Below are positions 49,341 through 62,142 of a stretch of 64,000 nucleotides of DNA, in pieces. A program made the position numbers and the translations under genes. Source of the stretch: Mobula hypostoma (lineage: Eukaryota); assembly GCF_963921235.1 (NCBI RefSeq), contig NC_086097.1, positions 224,442,001 through 224,506,000 on the forward strand. Reading direction: 5' to 3'. Positions within the stretch are counted from its first letter, which is position 1; every line of letters begins with the position of its first letter. The notes under the pieces were generated by a model. It saw only the letters and a program-made list of their open reading frames with translations. It searched no databases and was not told the origin of the DNA.

Positions 49341-52300
49341 TCTATTCAATAGTCTTGTAACAGAGGGATAGAAGCTGTCCTTGAGCCTGGTGGTATGTGC
49401 CTTCAGGATTTTGTATGTTCTGCCTGATGGGCGGAGTGAGAAGAGGGAATGACTGGTGTCACCGGGTTTGGATATGGCCCAAGTGCGGAGTGAGAGACAC
49501 TGAAGCAGGTCGATAGTTCACAGACTTTATTTCGAAAAAGGGAAAATAAAACAATAAACGCTAGGCCAAACAGGGCCGTTAACTACAACTCTCAAAAGGA
49601 AAACGAAGACTACACTGCGGCTGAAAAGAGTAACTAAACTTTAAACGAATACCGCTAGTCTTCAGAGTCAGTTGATTTTGAAAGTCCAATGGCTCAGGGA
49701 AAGCCGAATGCAAAACAGCAGCGACGCGTTGCTATGCTCTGTCCAAGTCTTGACAAGCACGACGACGACAAGAATGTAGTTAAATACTATCATGATTAAA
49801 TAATAATTACCTGACATGTGCAAATTCACAAGCGCAATTGCCGTATCTACAACACTGCCGAATCCGTGGTTGTGACAACTGGGGTGGATAGAAGCTGTCC
49901 TTGAGCTTGGAGGTATGTGCCTTCAGTCTTTTGTATGTTCTGCCTGATGGGAGGAGTGAGAAGAGGGAATGACTGGGGTGGATGGTGTCTTTAGCTGCTT
50001 TACCGAGGCAACGAGAAGTGTAGGCAAAGTCCATTGGCTGTCATGATGTACAGAGCTGTCTCCACAACTCTACAATTTTTTGTGGTTTTGGGTAAAGCAG
50101 TTGCAACACCATGTTGTGATGCATCTGGATAAGATGCAGTCTCTGGTGCATCTATAAAACTTGGTGAGGGTCAAAGGAAACATGTTGAATTTCCTTAACC
50201 CTTTGTGTAAGCTGAGTGCATTTTCTTTGTCATGGCATCTATGAGGTTAGACCAGGACAGACTATCACCATCTATGTGGTGTATTTATCGAGAAAGCTGA
50301 AGCTCTCAAACATCTCCACTTCAGCACCATTGATTCAAATAGTGGTATGTTCTCTGCCCCTCCCCATTCCTGAAGTCAATATCCAGCTCTTCTGTTTTGC
50401 TGATATTGAAGGAATGGTTGTTGTTATCAGAATCAGAGTCAGGTTTATTATCATCGGCATGTGTCATGAAATTTGTTAACTTAGCCCCAGCGGTATAATG
50501 CAATACATGATAATATAGAAAGCAAAAAATAAGTAAATCCATTACACTAAATAAAAATGTATGTTGAATAGATTAAAAATAGTGCAAAAACAGAAATAAT
50601 ATATATTTAAAAAAATGAGGTAGTGTTCATGGGTTCCATGTCCATTTAGGAATCGGATGGCAGAGGGGAAGAAGCTGTTCCTGAATCACTGAGTGTGCGC
50701 CTTCAGGCTTCTGCACCTCCTACCTGATGGTGGCAATGAGAAGAGGACATTGTCAGAATGCTCTCCAGGTTACATCTTTGGAAGAATTTTAGTACATTTG
50801 TTGACATACCAAATCTCTTCAAGCTCCAAACGGAATACAGCTGCTGCCTTGCCTTCTTTATAGCTACATCGATATGTTGGGACCAGGTTAAGTCTCAGAG
50901 ATCTTGACACCCAGGAACTTAAAATTGCTCACTCAAACCACTTGGGATCCCTCTATGAGGATTGGTTCGTGTTTCCTTGTCCTACCATTCCTGAAGTCCA
51001 TAATCATTTGTTTCATCTTAATAACACTGAGTACAAGGTTGTTGTTGCGACACCACTCATCTAGCTGGTATATCTCTCTCCTGTACGCCCTCTCATCTCC
51101 ATCTCAGATTCTACCAACAATGGTGGTATCATCAACAAATTTATGGGTGTCATTTGAGCTATATCTAGCCACGTAGTCATAGGTATAGAAGGAGTAAAGC
51201 AGTGGGCTAAGCACACACCCGTGAGGTGCACCAGTATTGATCATCAGCGAGGAGGAGATACTATCACCGATCCGCACATTGTGGTCTTCCAGTTGAGAAG
51301 TTGAGGATCCAGTTGCAGAGGGAGGTACAGAGGCCCAGGGTCTGTAGCTTATTGATCAGGACTGTAGGAATGATGGTGTTACATGCTGAGCTATATTCAA
51401 CGAACAGCATTGTGACATAGGTGTTTGTATAGTCCGGGTGAGCTAAGGCTGTGTGAAGAGCCATTGAGATCTGCTGTAGACCTGTTGTGGCTATAGGCTA
51501 ATTGCAGTGGGTCCAGGCCAGCATGTGGCGTGAAATTTGTTAATTTAGCAGCAGCAGTTCAATGCAATACATAATCTAGCAGAGAGAAAAAAAATTAATT
51601 AAAACAGAATAATAAATAAACAAGTAAATCAATTATGTGTAAAAACAGAAATACTGTATATTTTAAAGAGAAGTGAGGTAGTGTCCAAAGCTTCAATGCC
51701 CATTTAGGAATTGGATGGCAGAGGGGAAGAAGCTGTTCCTGAATCGCTGAGTGTGTGCCTTCAGGCTTCTGTATCTCCTACCTGATGGTAACAATGAGAA
51801 AAGGGTATGTCCTGGCTGCTGGAGGTCCTTAATAATGGATGCTGCCTTTCTGAGACACCACTCCCTGAAGATGTCCTGGGTACTTTGTAGTTAGTACCCA
51901 AGATGGAGCTGACTTGATTTACAATCAGTAGCCCCTCCATACCAGGCAGTGATGCAGCCTGTCAGAATGCTTTCCACGGTACAACTACAGAAGTTTTTGA
52001 GAGTATTGTTGATATGCCAAATCTTTTCAAACTCCTAATAAAGTATGGCTGCTGTCTTGCCTTCTTTATAACTAAATTGACATGTTCGAACCAGTTTAGA
52101 TCCTCAGAGATCTTGACACCCAGGAACTTAAAACTGCTCACTCTTTCCACTTCTGATCCCCCTGTGAGGTTTGGTATGTATTCCTTCATCTTTTCCTGAA
52201 GTCCAAAATCAGCTCTTTTGTCTTACTGACGTTGAGTGCCAGGTTGTTGCTGCAGCACCACTTTAGCCATGACCAACCTCTCAAAGCACTTCATCACCGT

Positions 52301-52775
52301 AGATGTGAGTGCAGCTGGATGATAGTCATTAAGGCAGCTCACACTATCTCCTTAGGCACTGGTATAATTGTTACCTTTTTGAAGCAGGAGGGAACTTCCA
52401 ACTGTAGCAGTGAGAGGTTGAAAATGTCCTTGGATACTCCCGCCAGTTGGTTGCCACAAGTTTTCAGAGCTTTACCAGGTACTTCATCAGGGCTTGCTGC
52501 CTTGAGAGGGTTCACCCTCTTTAAATGACAGCCTAACATCGGCCTCTGGGATAGAGATCACAGGGGCACCAGCTGCAGCGGGGATCTTCAAAGTCGTAGA
52601 TATGGTCTCCCTTTCAAGGCGTGCACTGAAGGTGTTGAGATCATCTGATAGTGAAGCATCACTGTCATTCATGCTACTGGGTTTTGCTTTGTAGGAAGTG
52701 ATGTCCTGCATGTCCTGCCAGAGTTGACCCTGCATCCAATGTCACCTCCAACCTCGATCGGAATTGCTTCTTCAG
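49340..52775 (-). mobile_element. Stack of nested Rex1/Babar fragments
   Basis: [61 protein letters not shown]; several 3' tails (about 50430 and 51520). Confidence 0.8.
49457..49877. mobile_element. Solo LTR (421 bp)
   Basis: TGTCAC...GTGACA termini; 5-bp TSD ACTGG at 49452-49456 and 49878-49882. Confidence 0.85.
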
Positions 52776-52893
52776 AATTATCACAATAGACTCCCTATTT
52801 CCTTCCTGTACTTTAGGTCATCATTATTTGAGATCCAACCCAATCATTTAGAGCAGAATCTGGCCACTCAGCTGTGAAAGTATAGGTACCCAC

Positions 52894-53007
52894 GTGTCAC
52901 ACAAGATGAATACTTTTGCATGAAATATTCAAGAGTTATGGTCTTCAGGTCTGAATGTTCTTCTCTGAATGTTGCAGATTTGCCAACATAATTTTCAGGT
53001 TGTCCAG
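52894..53007 (-). CDS. Candidate 114-bp exon (GQPENYVGKSATFREEHSDLKTITLEYFMQKYSSCVT)
   Basis: Acceptor ttctatttctacag, donor C/gtgggt; phase 1-1 joins both neighbours in frame. Confidence 0.5.
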
Positions 53008-53549
53008 CTGTAGAAATAGAACCAGCTGTGGAACTGAGGCCAGGGTCCAGATGGAGAGAGCAAACTGGAAAATGGGAATTTTTCAGTATTAACAATTAAC
53101 AGTAATGGCTGTAAAATTTAGCATTTCAGTGTTACCAGGTAGCTACTTCCATAGGCTTGGTCCTCCATCCTGGTGTCTCAGTTACCAAGAGTTGGGCTTC
53201 ATCAAGTGAAGCTAAGATGGCCTAGAATGGTAGAGTGAACAACTACAGGCATCGTTTCTTTGTGTTGAAAAATTCAATTGAATGTTTCCTATAGTAGAGC
53301 GCAGAACATCCGCAGGGTTCCTCCATATGCTACACACGGGGTTAAATGCAGTGTAGATTTAGTTTATTTGAAAGATTATCAAACTGAACGATTGACAGAG
53401 AAAGGAAATCTTCAGATTCCTGGTATGATCTTTGAGGCCTAGGTACATTGTACTGATGGAACAGCCTCACTTAAATCATAAAGGTATCCCTGTTCTTTTA
53501 AAAGGAGTAAATAAATGTTTAGCTTGTTTGTGGAAGAACAGTTTATAGA

Positions 53550-54492
53550 AGACAATAGACAATAGATGTAGGAGTAGGCCATTCAGCCCTTCGAGCCAGC
53601 ACCACCATTCACTATAATCATGGCTGATCATCCACAATCAGTACCCTTTTCCTGCCTTCTCCACATATCCCTTCACTGCACTGTCTTTAAGAGCTCTATC
53701 TAATTCTTTCTTGAAAGAATCCAGAGAATTGGCCTCCACTGCCTTCTGAGGCAGAGCATTCCACAGAACCACAACCCTCTGTGTGAAAAAGTTTTTCCTC
53801 AACTCCATTCTAAATTGTCTACCCCTTATTCTTAAACTGTTGCCTCTGGTTCTGGACTCACCCATCAGCGGGAACATGCTTCCTGCCTCCAGCGTGTCCA
53901 ATCCCTTAATAATCTTAGATGTTTCAATAAGATCCCCTCTCAGCCTTCTAAATTCCAGAGTCTACAAGCCCAGTTGCTCCAATCTTTCGACATATGACAG
54001 TCCCGCCATCCCGGGAATTAACCTTGTGAACCTATGCTGCACTCCCTCAATAGCAAGAATGTCCTTCCTCAAATATGGAGACCAAAACTGCACACAGTAC
54101 TCCAGGTGTGGTCTCACCAGGGCCCTGTACAGCTGCAGAAGGACCTCTTTGCTCTTATACTCAATTCCCCTTGTTATGAAGGCCAGCATGCCATTAGCTT
54201 TCTTCACTGCCTGCTGTACCTGTATGCTTGCTTTCAGTGACTGATGTACAAGAACACCTAGATCTCGTTGTACTTCCCCTTTTCCTAACTTGACACCATT
54301 CAGATGGTAATCTGCCTTCCTGTTCTTGCCACCAAAGTGGATAACCTCACATTTATCCACATTAAACTGTATCTGCCATGCATCTGCCCACTCACCCAAA
54401 CTGTCCAAGTCACCCTGCATTCTCATAACATCCTCCTCACATTTCACACTGCCACCCAGCTTTGTGTCATCTGTAAATTTGCTAATGTTACT
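53550..54492 (-). mobile_element. Young CR1 3' fragment
   Basis: ISKFTDDTKLGG...FNVDKCEVIHFG...LYRALVRPHLEYCVQFWSPY; (TATTGTC)n tail. Confidence 0.9.
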
Positions 54493-54529
54493 TTTAAAGG
54501 GGAAAACCAACACTATAAATTTAAAATTG

Positions 54530-54852
54530 TGAACAATGGTGGTTCGTCCATTGTCGTTGATGAAGACCTCGACACCATTAGTCACTTTGAGACTGGATGT
54601 GGTGTGTCCGAAAATGACTGGTCAGGCCAATTCGGGCACAAAAGGTCCTGGCACATGTTGGGCAGACATGTGTAGGCACTGCAGTTGTTGAGCTGGTGGC
54701 TCTGGACTTGCGCAGCTCGCGCTTATGTTGTGCTTCAACAGTGTGCCTTGCTTTGTAAGCTTGACAGCCCTTGTGGATAAGGCTGCGCCAGGAAGGGCGG
54801 TTTTGTGCCAACATTTCCCCAGAGGTCATGTTTATGTCAAACGACTTCAGAG
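54530..54852 (-). mobile_element. RTE-clade LINE 3' end
   Basis: LKSFDIN...LAQNRPSWRSLI...CPTCARTFCARIGLTSHFRTH (RTE C-terminal C2H2). Confidence 0.85.
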
Positions 54853-56290
54853 GTGGTATGGCAAAGGATAACACAGGGTGGGAGTTGTTACCTATTTGTA
54901 AGTTCTGTGCATTATATATAAAATATCAGAAATAACACAAATAACTTAAATGAATAAATTGATCGTAACGTAATGTATAGTGCAGCATAATGTAGCAGCC
55001 ATAATGCTGAAGCCTACACAATTGCAGTCCATTTGTTTAACAATGGGATTTTTAGAAAAGACAAAGAGAATTAGGAAATAATCATGTTTCAGTATTAACA
55101 ATTAGAGTTGTAGAAAATAAAAGTTATGGAGTATTTAGATAATGTCTTTAGAGAATACAAGGATATTGGAGAGAGGCATAGGGTTGAGCCAAATTATCTA
55201 AGGGAAGCTCAGTGTCTAGGAACAATGAAAGGGCTGCTGAGCGTGAGGAGGCCTTTGAGAGAGGACTGGGATACAGCTGTGGTTTTCAGTAATACTTTTG
55301 AGCAGAAGAAGCACCAAACTAAGATATGTTTAGGAGAATGGGAATTAGGAATGGACTGCAATTCAAAAAATTAAGGAGGGATTCAGAGAGATGGGGCATG
55401 TTAAAGGATGTAGGAAATAGAAGGAAGGCTTTTGAGAGATTGTGGTTGAGACTGTTATTGGGTTGAGGATTAAAGAGGCAGGAATTGGTGTGGTTAGAAA
55501 ATTATAAATGGGGTGGTCATTTGAAGATCAGGATAAAGTGAGGGAAGGTTCAGAAAAGGGGTTATTTTGGGATTAAGAATCATGGAGAAAATGCTTTTGA
55601 AAAATGGGATTTGACAGATGGAAAATTGGGTCACATGATGAAGAAGGAGTCTTAAAATGGGAAAGGGAGTGCTGATATTGACAGAGTATTAGGGGAATTG
55701 TAAGCTCCGATTTAATAATATTCTATTTGCTGTTTCTTGCATTAGGATGGGGAGGTAGAGAGTGACATATGGAAAAACTGCAGACCACAAAGTTCCTTTC
55801 ATAGTGCTGAATCTGCCCCCATGGTCTCTCCTATCAGGATCTCCCAGCCAAAGCTTAGATTTTAATGAGCTGCAAGTTCACGGAGTTGTTACATTCAAGG
55901 AGGGGATCAGATGTCTTTTCCAATTATCCCCAGGTGGGAAGAACGTGTATATTTAGAGAGTCTACTGCTCCTTTAGGATGCTGCAAAGAGCTTTACAGAC
56001 AAAGAAATTCTTTGTGTGGACATCCTGTTGTAATGAATGAAACATGATGCTAATTCATGTTGATCAGAATACAGGTGCGAAGTTGGACTGATAGTAATAG
56101 TTTTAGGTGCCAGTAGAGCAGTGTGGCACCTGTATGCAAGAATATTTCTGATGTAATGTACTGGATGTTGGTGAGGGTATTAGTGAGTGCTTCCAGATGC
56201 ATACAAAATTAAGTACCCTACTGCCACAGATGCAGGTCAGTTAAGTTAGAAGTAATCTTATGCCTGTAATTTGATGGTGCTTGTACTTAC

Positions 56291-56357
56291 TCGTTCTCCA
56301 CACAGGCATGGAATACACAGTTCCAAAATCGGTATGCATTTGCAGAACATCTTCCAT
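56291..56357 (-). CDS. Candidate first coding exon (MEDVLQMHTDFGTVYSMPVWRT)
   Basis: Good Kozak context acaaATGG; consensus donor GA/gtaagt; phase 1 joins the 53007 exon. Confidence 0.45.
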
Positions 56358-57349
56358 TTGTAAGTGTGGGAGTTAGAGGTGGTATTGTATATTGTCAATG
56401 ATCCTCTGACAATTCTGTTGCAGTCTTTCCAGATACACTTGACATTGAATCAGTGATTTGACACAAACTTAAAAAATTGTACAGACAATCTTGCTATAAC
56501 AAAGAACAGAAGTATTAACCTTTGCTTAGTCTGGAGTAATTGCATTTTTGACAAAATACCAACATAGTTATTACTGGACAACCTCTACGTTCATGAAAAA
56601 ACATAGCTTACAAGTGTGGAATCTCGTTCTCTTAAGGGAAAAATTAAAATGATAAAATAATGATTTTAAAATAGGAAGGCTTAATTTTTGTTTATGGTAT
56701 TTCAATTTCTTTCTGCATTCCATGTAGGTTTCAATTTTTTTTATTCTGTTCTGGGTGTAAAAAAAATCAGATGAAAGGAGAGCAAAAAAATTCAAATTTG
56801 TTTTCAGGAAAATAATTGTATTGTGATTTTGAAAACAAAAGACTTTGCATGATGAAGATAAAGCAAAAGAAATGACAGATGGTACCAATTATATAATCTT
56901 CAGTGTTTGGCTTTGGCAGAAAAATAAGGGAAATTCATAAACCAACACTTCTAAAAAATCAAAATACAGAGCAACCAGTGCCATCTCCCTGGAAAGCCTC
57001 CAACTCATGGCAAGTACCTGCTGTGAAATTCGATCAATTCTAACTAGCAGTGTCAGCTCTGTAAATGGTGGTCAGCCTGAGTCCATTCATGTCAGTGCAG
57101 CCTGGATATGATAAGCAATTGTTACCCTTATATTTACTTCTATGTGCATTTGAAGCATTCGGAGCTGTCTACAAACACAATCTGTACAGGTTCCAACAGT
57201 AAATTCCTGAATTCAGTAAACCTGACGAACCATTTCTGTACTTCTAATGCCAAGGCTTCAGCCCTTAAGAACCCCTTTCCATTATGCTAAGGAACTGCTG
57301 GGAATGTGTTGACTGCTATGTCTTCTGAAATGGCTGACCAAAAGAATGG

Positions 57350-57800
57350 GGCAGAATCAGGTTTATTTTCACTGGCATATGTTGTGATATTTGTTGTTTT
57401 GCAGCAGCAGCACAGCACAATAAATAAAATATACTATAAATTACAATAAGAAATATATACATTGTATATAAAAATAAAATAACTCCTGCAAAAAGAGAGC
57501 AAAACTAGTGACATAGTATTCATGGGCGCATTGACCATCCAGAAATCTGATGATGGAGGGGAAGAAGCTGTTCCTGAAACATTGAGTGCATGTCTTCAGG
57601 CTCCTGTACCTCCTCTCGGATGATAGCATGGGAAGAGGACAAGTTCAGGGTGGTAATGGTCCATAATTGAGGCTGCATCTTTAAAGGTGTCCTGGGGAGG
57701 CTAGTGCTGATGATGGACCTGGCTGAGTTTACAATTCTCTGCAGTTTTCTCCAATGGTGTAGATTAGCCCCTCCATACCAGATGGTGATGCCATCATCCA
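57350..57800 (-). mobile_element. Rex1/Babar 3' fragment
   Basis: ITIWYGG...KLQRIVNSARSII; RRYRSLKT.TQ.FRNSFFPSIIRFL. Confidence 0.8.
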
Positions 57801-58010
57801 TATAACCATCGTGCCATCTTTATCAATGATTTGGAGCATAGGGGGTCTGTTCTCTGTATCAGGTACACCACTATGCCTCAAAGCTGATGGGAAGTGGAGG
57901 TACTAGGGGGTTCCAGCAGAGTGATTTACCCTCAGAGCTGGGATCAGGAACTGATCAAGGTGTACTTTACTTGCTTAGGTTGTTCCAAATCACAAACAGT
58001 AGCAGTTTTT

Positions 58011-58014
<4 letters not shown>

Positions 58015-58064
<50 letters not shown>
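58015..58064. repeat. (AC)n microsatellite, with a shorter (TG)n at 58157-58174
   Basis: Read directly from the sequence. Confidence 0.95.
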
Positions 58065-58067
<3 letters not shown>

Positions 58068-58857
58068 TGAGACTTCAAATCGTCACAGATGCTTCTAAGG
58101 CTGAAAGAAAAATTCCATTCTGGAAAAACAATGGAATTGCTCAATCTGGTTCAGAATGTGTGTGTGTGTGTGTGTTTTTTTTTCTCTTCTTTCTCAGTGC
58201 AGCAGGTATGGTTTTCCTTTTTTTAAAAAAAATTGGTTTCTTCGGGTTTCTTGCTTTGTGGCTGCCTGTAAGCAAACAAATCTCAAGGTTTATAATTTAT
58301 ACATTCTTTGATAATAATCTCGCAAGGAATACTCTGTCCATATTTATCTGCAGGTGAGCTTGGTCTCCCTGCCCGGGGGCATGTACTCAAATTGTGTTCT
58401 TCTGTTTGGAGTTTGCGCCCCACATCCTGCCTGTGCAAGATGACCGCCCTGGAGGGAGAACAGATGAATAAGGAAAAGGAAGAGGCATTTGTCATTTTTG
58501 TTGACACCTTAAGTACCAAGCACTGGCAAGGATGAACAAAAGAGATGAGTGTCATCATCTCATCTGGAGAGGCAGTCAATGTGCTGGAGTTAAACTAAAG
58601 CACAGGGCAATCAGTGAGCCAGTCCCACAGCTGTACCGCTCCAGAATATTATACGGGGATGATAACAGGAAGGCCGAAGACAAAGCACATCAAAATACTT
58701 GCTGTATTGTACAGTTGCTTGCGACAGTTAAAGAGATGTGAAAAAGCATGAGAGAAAATCATTACCAGCTTCTCACTTCAAGTGGAGTCAGGACTACATC
58801 ATTTATGTGATGCTCTCAGGCAGGCAGCATCAGCGCCCTCATTGGGAAATGTGTGAC

Positions 58858-59017
58858 ACAGAAACACACCCAGAATGCTGGAGGAGCTCAGCAGGTCAGG
58901 CAGCCTGGTCATGGCCTGAAATGTCAACTGTTTACTTCCTTCCCTAGATGCTGCCTGTCCTGCTGAGTTCCTCCAGAATTTTGTGCGTGTTGCTCTGGAT
59001 TTCCAGCATCTGCAGAA
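58858..59017. mobile_element. Foldback pair of Penelope-derived termini
   Basis: Arm 58864-58904 is the reverse complement of 58950-58990; the spacer contains a half hammerhead (ggcctgaaatgtcaact). Confidence 0.8.
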
Positions 59018-59304
59018 TCACTTATGCTTATGAAATTTGTGATGGAGCAGGATCTTGCCTTAGTGTTTCTCAGAGCTCCAGAAGACTGCTGCTGCCTGGA
59101 GTGATCACAGTGAGCCTAGCATTTCCACTGAGGAGTAGACTAGGTCTGCTGTTCATGTCTGGAAATAAGAGCAGAAACTGTATAATTTCAGTCGCTGGAG
59201 ATACAGCACCTAAGAGTTCCTCTAGTGCAATGAAGAGTGAAGATGTCCCCTCTCAGTGATGGTGATGTCAGCGTTTCGGTTCCCCACGCTGCTTCTTGGG
59301 AAAT

Positions 59305-60047
59305 AGTCATAGTCATACTTTATTGATCGTGAGGGAAATTGATTTTTGTTACAGTTGCCCCAAACAAGAATGTATAAATATATCAATATAAAACCATAAA
59401 TAATTAAATAGTAATATGTAAATTATGCCAGGAAATGAGTCCAGGACCAGCCTATTGGCTCAGGGTGTCTGACCCTCCAAGGGATGAGTTGTAAAGTTTG
59501 ATGGCCACAAGCAGGAATGACTTCCTATGATGCTCAGTGTTGCATCTCAGTGGAATGAGTCTCTGGCTGAATGTACTCCTGTGCCCAACCAATACATTAT
59601 GTAGTGGATGGGAGACTTTGTCCAAGATGGCATGCAACTTGGACAGCAGCCTCTTTTCAGACACCACCGTCAGAGAGTCCAGTTCCATCCCCACAACATC
59701 ACTGGCCTTACAAATAAGTTTGTTGATTCTGTTGGTGTCTGCTCCCCTCAGCCTGCTGCCCCAGCTCACAACAGCAAACATGATCGCACTGGCCACCACA
59801 GACTCGTAGAACATCCTCAACATCGTCCGACAGATGTTAAAGGACCTCAGTCTCTTCAGGAAATAGAGACGGCTCTGACCCTTCTTGTAGACAGCATCAG
59901 TGTTCTTTGACCAGTCCAGTTTATTGTCAATTCGTATCCCCAGGTATTTATAATCCTCTACCATGTCCACACTGACCCCCTGGATGGAAACAGGGGTCAC
60001 CGGTGCCTTAGCTCTCCTCAGGTCCACCACCAGCTCCTTAGTCTTGT
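59305..60047 (-). mobile_element. Young Rex1/Babar 3' fragment
   Basis: Uninterrupted ORF 59452-60030 YKYLGIRIDNKLDWSKN...KKGQSRLYFLKRL; (GACTAT)n tail. Confidence 0.92.
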
Positions 60048-60379
60048 CTATGCCCTTGAAATGCCCTTGTCTATGCCCTATGTCAGCTCAGCAAGTCAAC
60101 AGCCTCTCACACCAATATGCTTCAGTCTTCTATCAGCCAGTGCAGTCTTAGGAAGGGGGAGGGGTGGTCTGAGGAGGTTGGGGTGCTCAGTGGTAATGGG
60201 GATAGCGGGAGAGTGCGGGTTAGAAAGCAAAGGGCCTTATAAGCATCACATAAGCCACCAATAGCGGGAGTGATCAGTTAATAACATGAGCATAAAAGCT
60301 TTCCTTTGCCATTATTGTTTTGAAATTTCTGGAGACATGTCACTTAAATCATTCTAGCATCAGTAGTTCAATGAGGATT

Positions 60380-61000
60380 GCAGATGGAGTGTTTGGCAAG
60401 GTTTGAAAGATGGAATAATGCATGCTGCAATAATTTTCAATGGTGTAACCTTCATCCTTTCTTTATTTGCTGAATGTGTTTCCAACCAGACGCACTGTGA
60501 ACACAATTCATTGTTTCAAATAGTGCCAATGCTTAAGCCAGTTTCCCCAGCAAGAAGACAGAAGTGTCGCTGGGGTAATGTAGGCCATCTGGAACATCTG
60601 TGAAAAGTGATCATAGTCAGGGATCATACTGTCACCATCTACTCTCATTGCCTGGTTCTCCAACCTTATCTAACTTTCTCCTTCCACTTTTCTAACAGAA
60701 CCAGATCCCTTATTCCAGATTGAAGACCAGCACAGCATACCCTTCCTGCAGCCCTGACCTATCAGTGAAGCTTTTCTGGGAAGTTAAATAATGTCAATAG
60801 TTTTATGCATGTCAAGAGACGAGGGTGGCAAGAAGGTGAGGTTAGAAACCCAACATCTTACAGAGGATCCAAGGATTTGGATGAGTAGGACATTGTGCTT
60901 GCTCACGTTACACTGAGCATGAATTTTGAGACTCTCTGCTCAGTTATAGGTCCCATGCTTATCTCGTAAATTAACAAACACTGTAACCGGCAAGTGGAAT
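60380..61000 (-). mobile_element. Probable ancient PIF/Harbinger transposase remnant
   Basis: Eroded motifs in expected order: SLKIHAQCN (like SLNVQLVCD), LGSS (PGSSHD), DGDS..P (GDSGYP), VTPLKIIAAC (IILACCVLHN). Confidence 0.4.
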
Positions 61001-61332
61001 GCACCTTTTTCACGTTCCCTGTCTTCAAACATTTGCCTGGTAATACAGCACAGAGCATCAAATGATTATCTCTACCCTTCATTTACACTGCAATGATTGA
61101 TTAGCATTCCTGATGATTTGACAACCTCTTTGTCATCATTCTTTGCACTACAAATGGTTGTGGGTTCATCTACCCACACTATCTAGCCTTCTGTTATTGC
61201 AAAGGTGCTCCATATAGTTACTGTCTTTCAACTCCAGAGGTCACCGATTAGCACAGGGTCTAGTACCTAGGTAATCTCTCAGATTAGGCTTCATTGTGAT
61301 ACCTCCTTAAAAAACATAACCACAGAGTTGTC

Positions 61333-61990
61333 AAACAACACACACAAAATGCTGGAGGATCTCAGCAGGCCAGGCAGCATCTACGGGAAAAACGCACAGG
61401 CAACTTTTCAGGCCGAGACCCTGCAGCAGGACTGGAGAAAAGAAGATGAGGAGTAGATTTGAAAGGTGGGGAGGGGAGAGAGAAACACAAGGTGCTAGGT
61501 GAAACTGGGAGGGGGAGGGGTGAAGTAAAGAGAAGACATGTTCCCAGGGAGGATGCATGGCTGTAGTAGCGGGTCTGGGTAAGCACGTGGTTGAAGAGTC
61601 AAAGAGCAGCAGGAATCACAGAGGGGGAGCAGTGAACTCCCGTCGAAGAGAAGATTCAAACTTCTTCAGGGTTGGCATCCCTGGAAGAGACTTCACAGTG
61701 TGGTCATCCAATCACAAAGAAGAGAAAATCTGCAGATGCTGGAAGCCCGAGCAACACACACAAAATGCCGGAGGAACTCAGCTGGCCAGGCAGCATCTAC
61801 GGAAAAATGTATAGTCGACGTTTTGGGCCAAGACCCTCCAGCAGGACTGGAGAAAAAATAGATGAGGAGTAGGTTTAAAAGGTGGGGGAGGGGAGAGAGA
61901 AACACAAGGTGATGGGTGAAACTGGGAGGAGGAGGGATGAAGTAAAGCGAAGACATGTTCCCAGAGTGAAGAGAAGATATGTTCCCAGTT
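61333..61990 (-). mobile_element. Two tandem Penelope-derived elements (61333-61550, 61720-61990) with mutated hammerheads
   Basis: Co-linear copies; hammerhead remnants at 61398-61433 and 61813-61848. Confidence 0.8.
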
Positions 61991-62142
61991 GTTAATCTGT
62001 TCAGGTGCAGCTGTGTCAAAGTTTCAAAATTTCAATCTTCTAGGCTTCACTGCCAACAGCTGTCAATGTTGGCAGTTGATCTATTGGTATTGGTATTGGT
62101 TTATTATTGTCACATGTACCAAGATACCAGGAAGAGCTTGTC

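Noticed and set aside
55100..56050. Purine-rich region, possibly an ancient L2 remnant
   Set aside because: Too decayed to support with specific motifs
57887..58357. 156-aa ORF with a (HT)n run
   Set aside because: Produced by (AC)n/(TG)n microsatellites and a Rex-type tail
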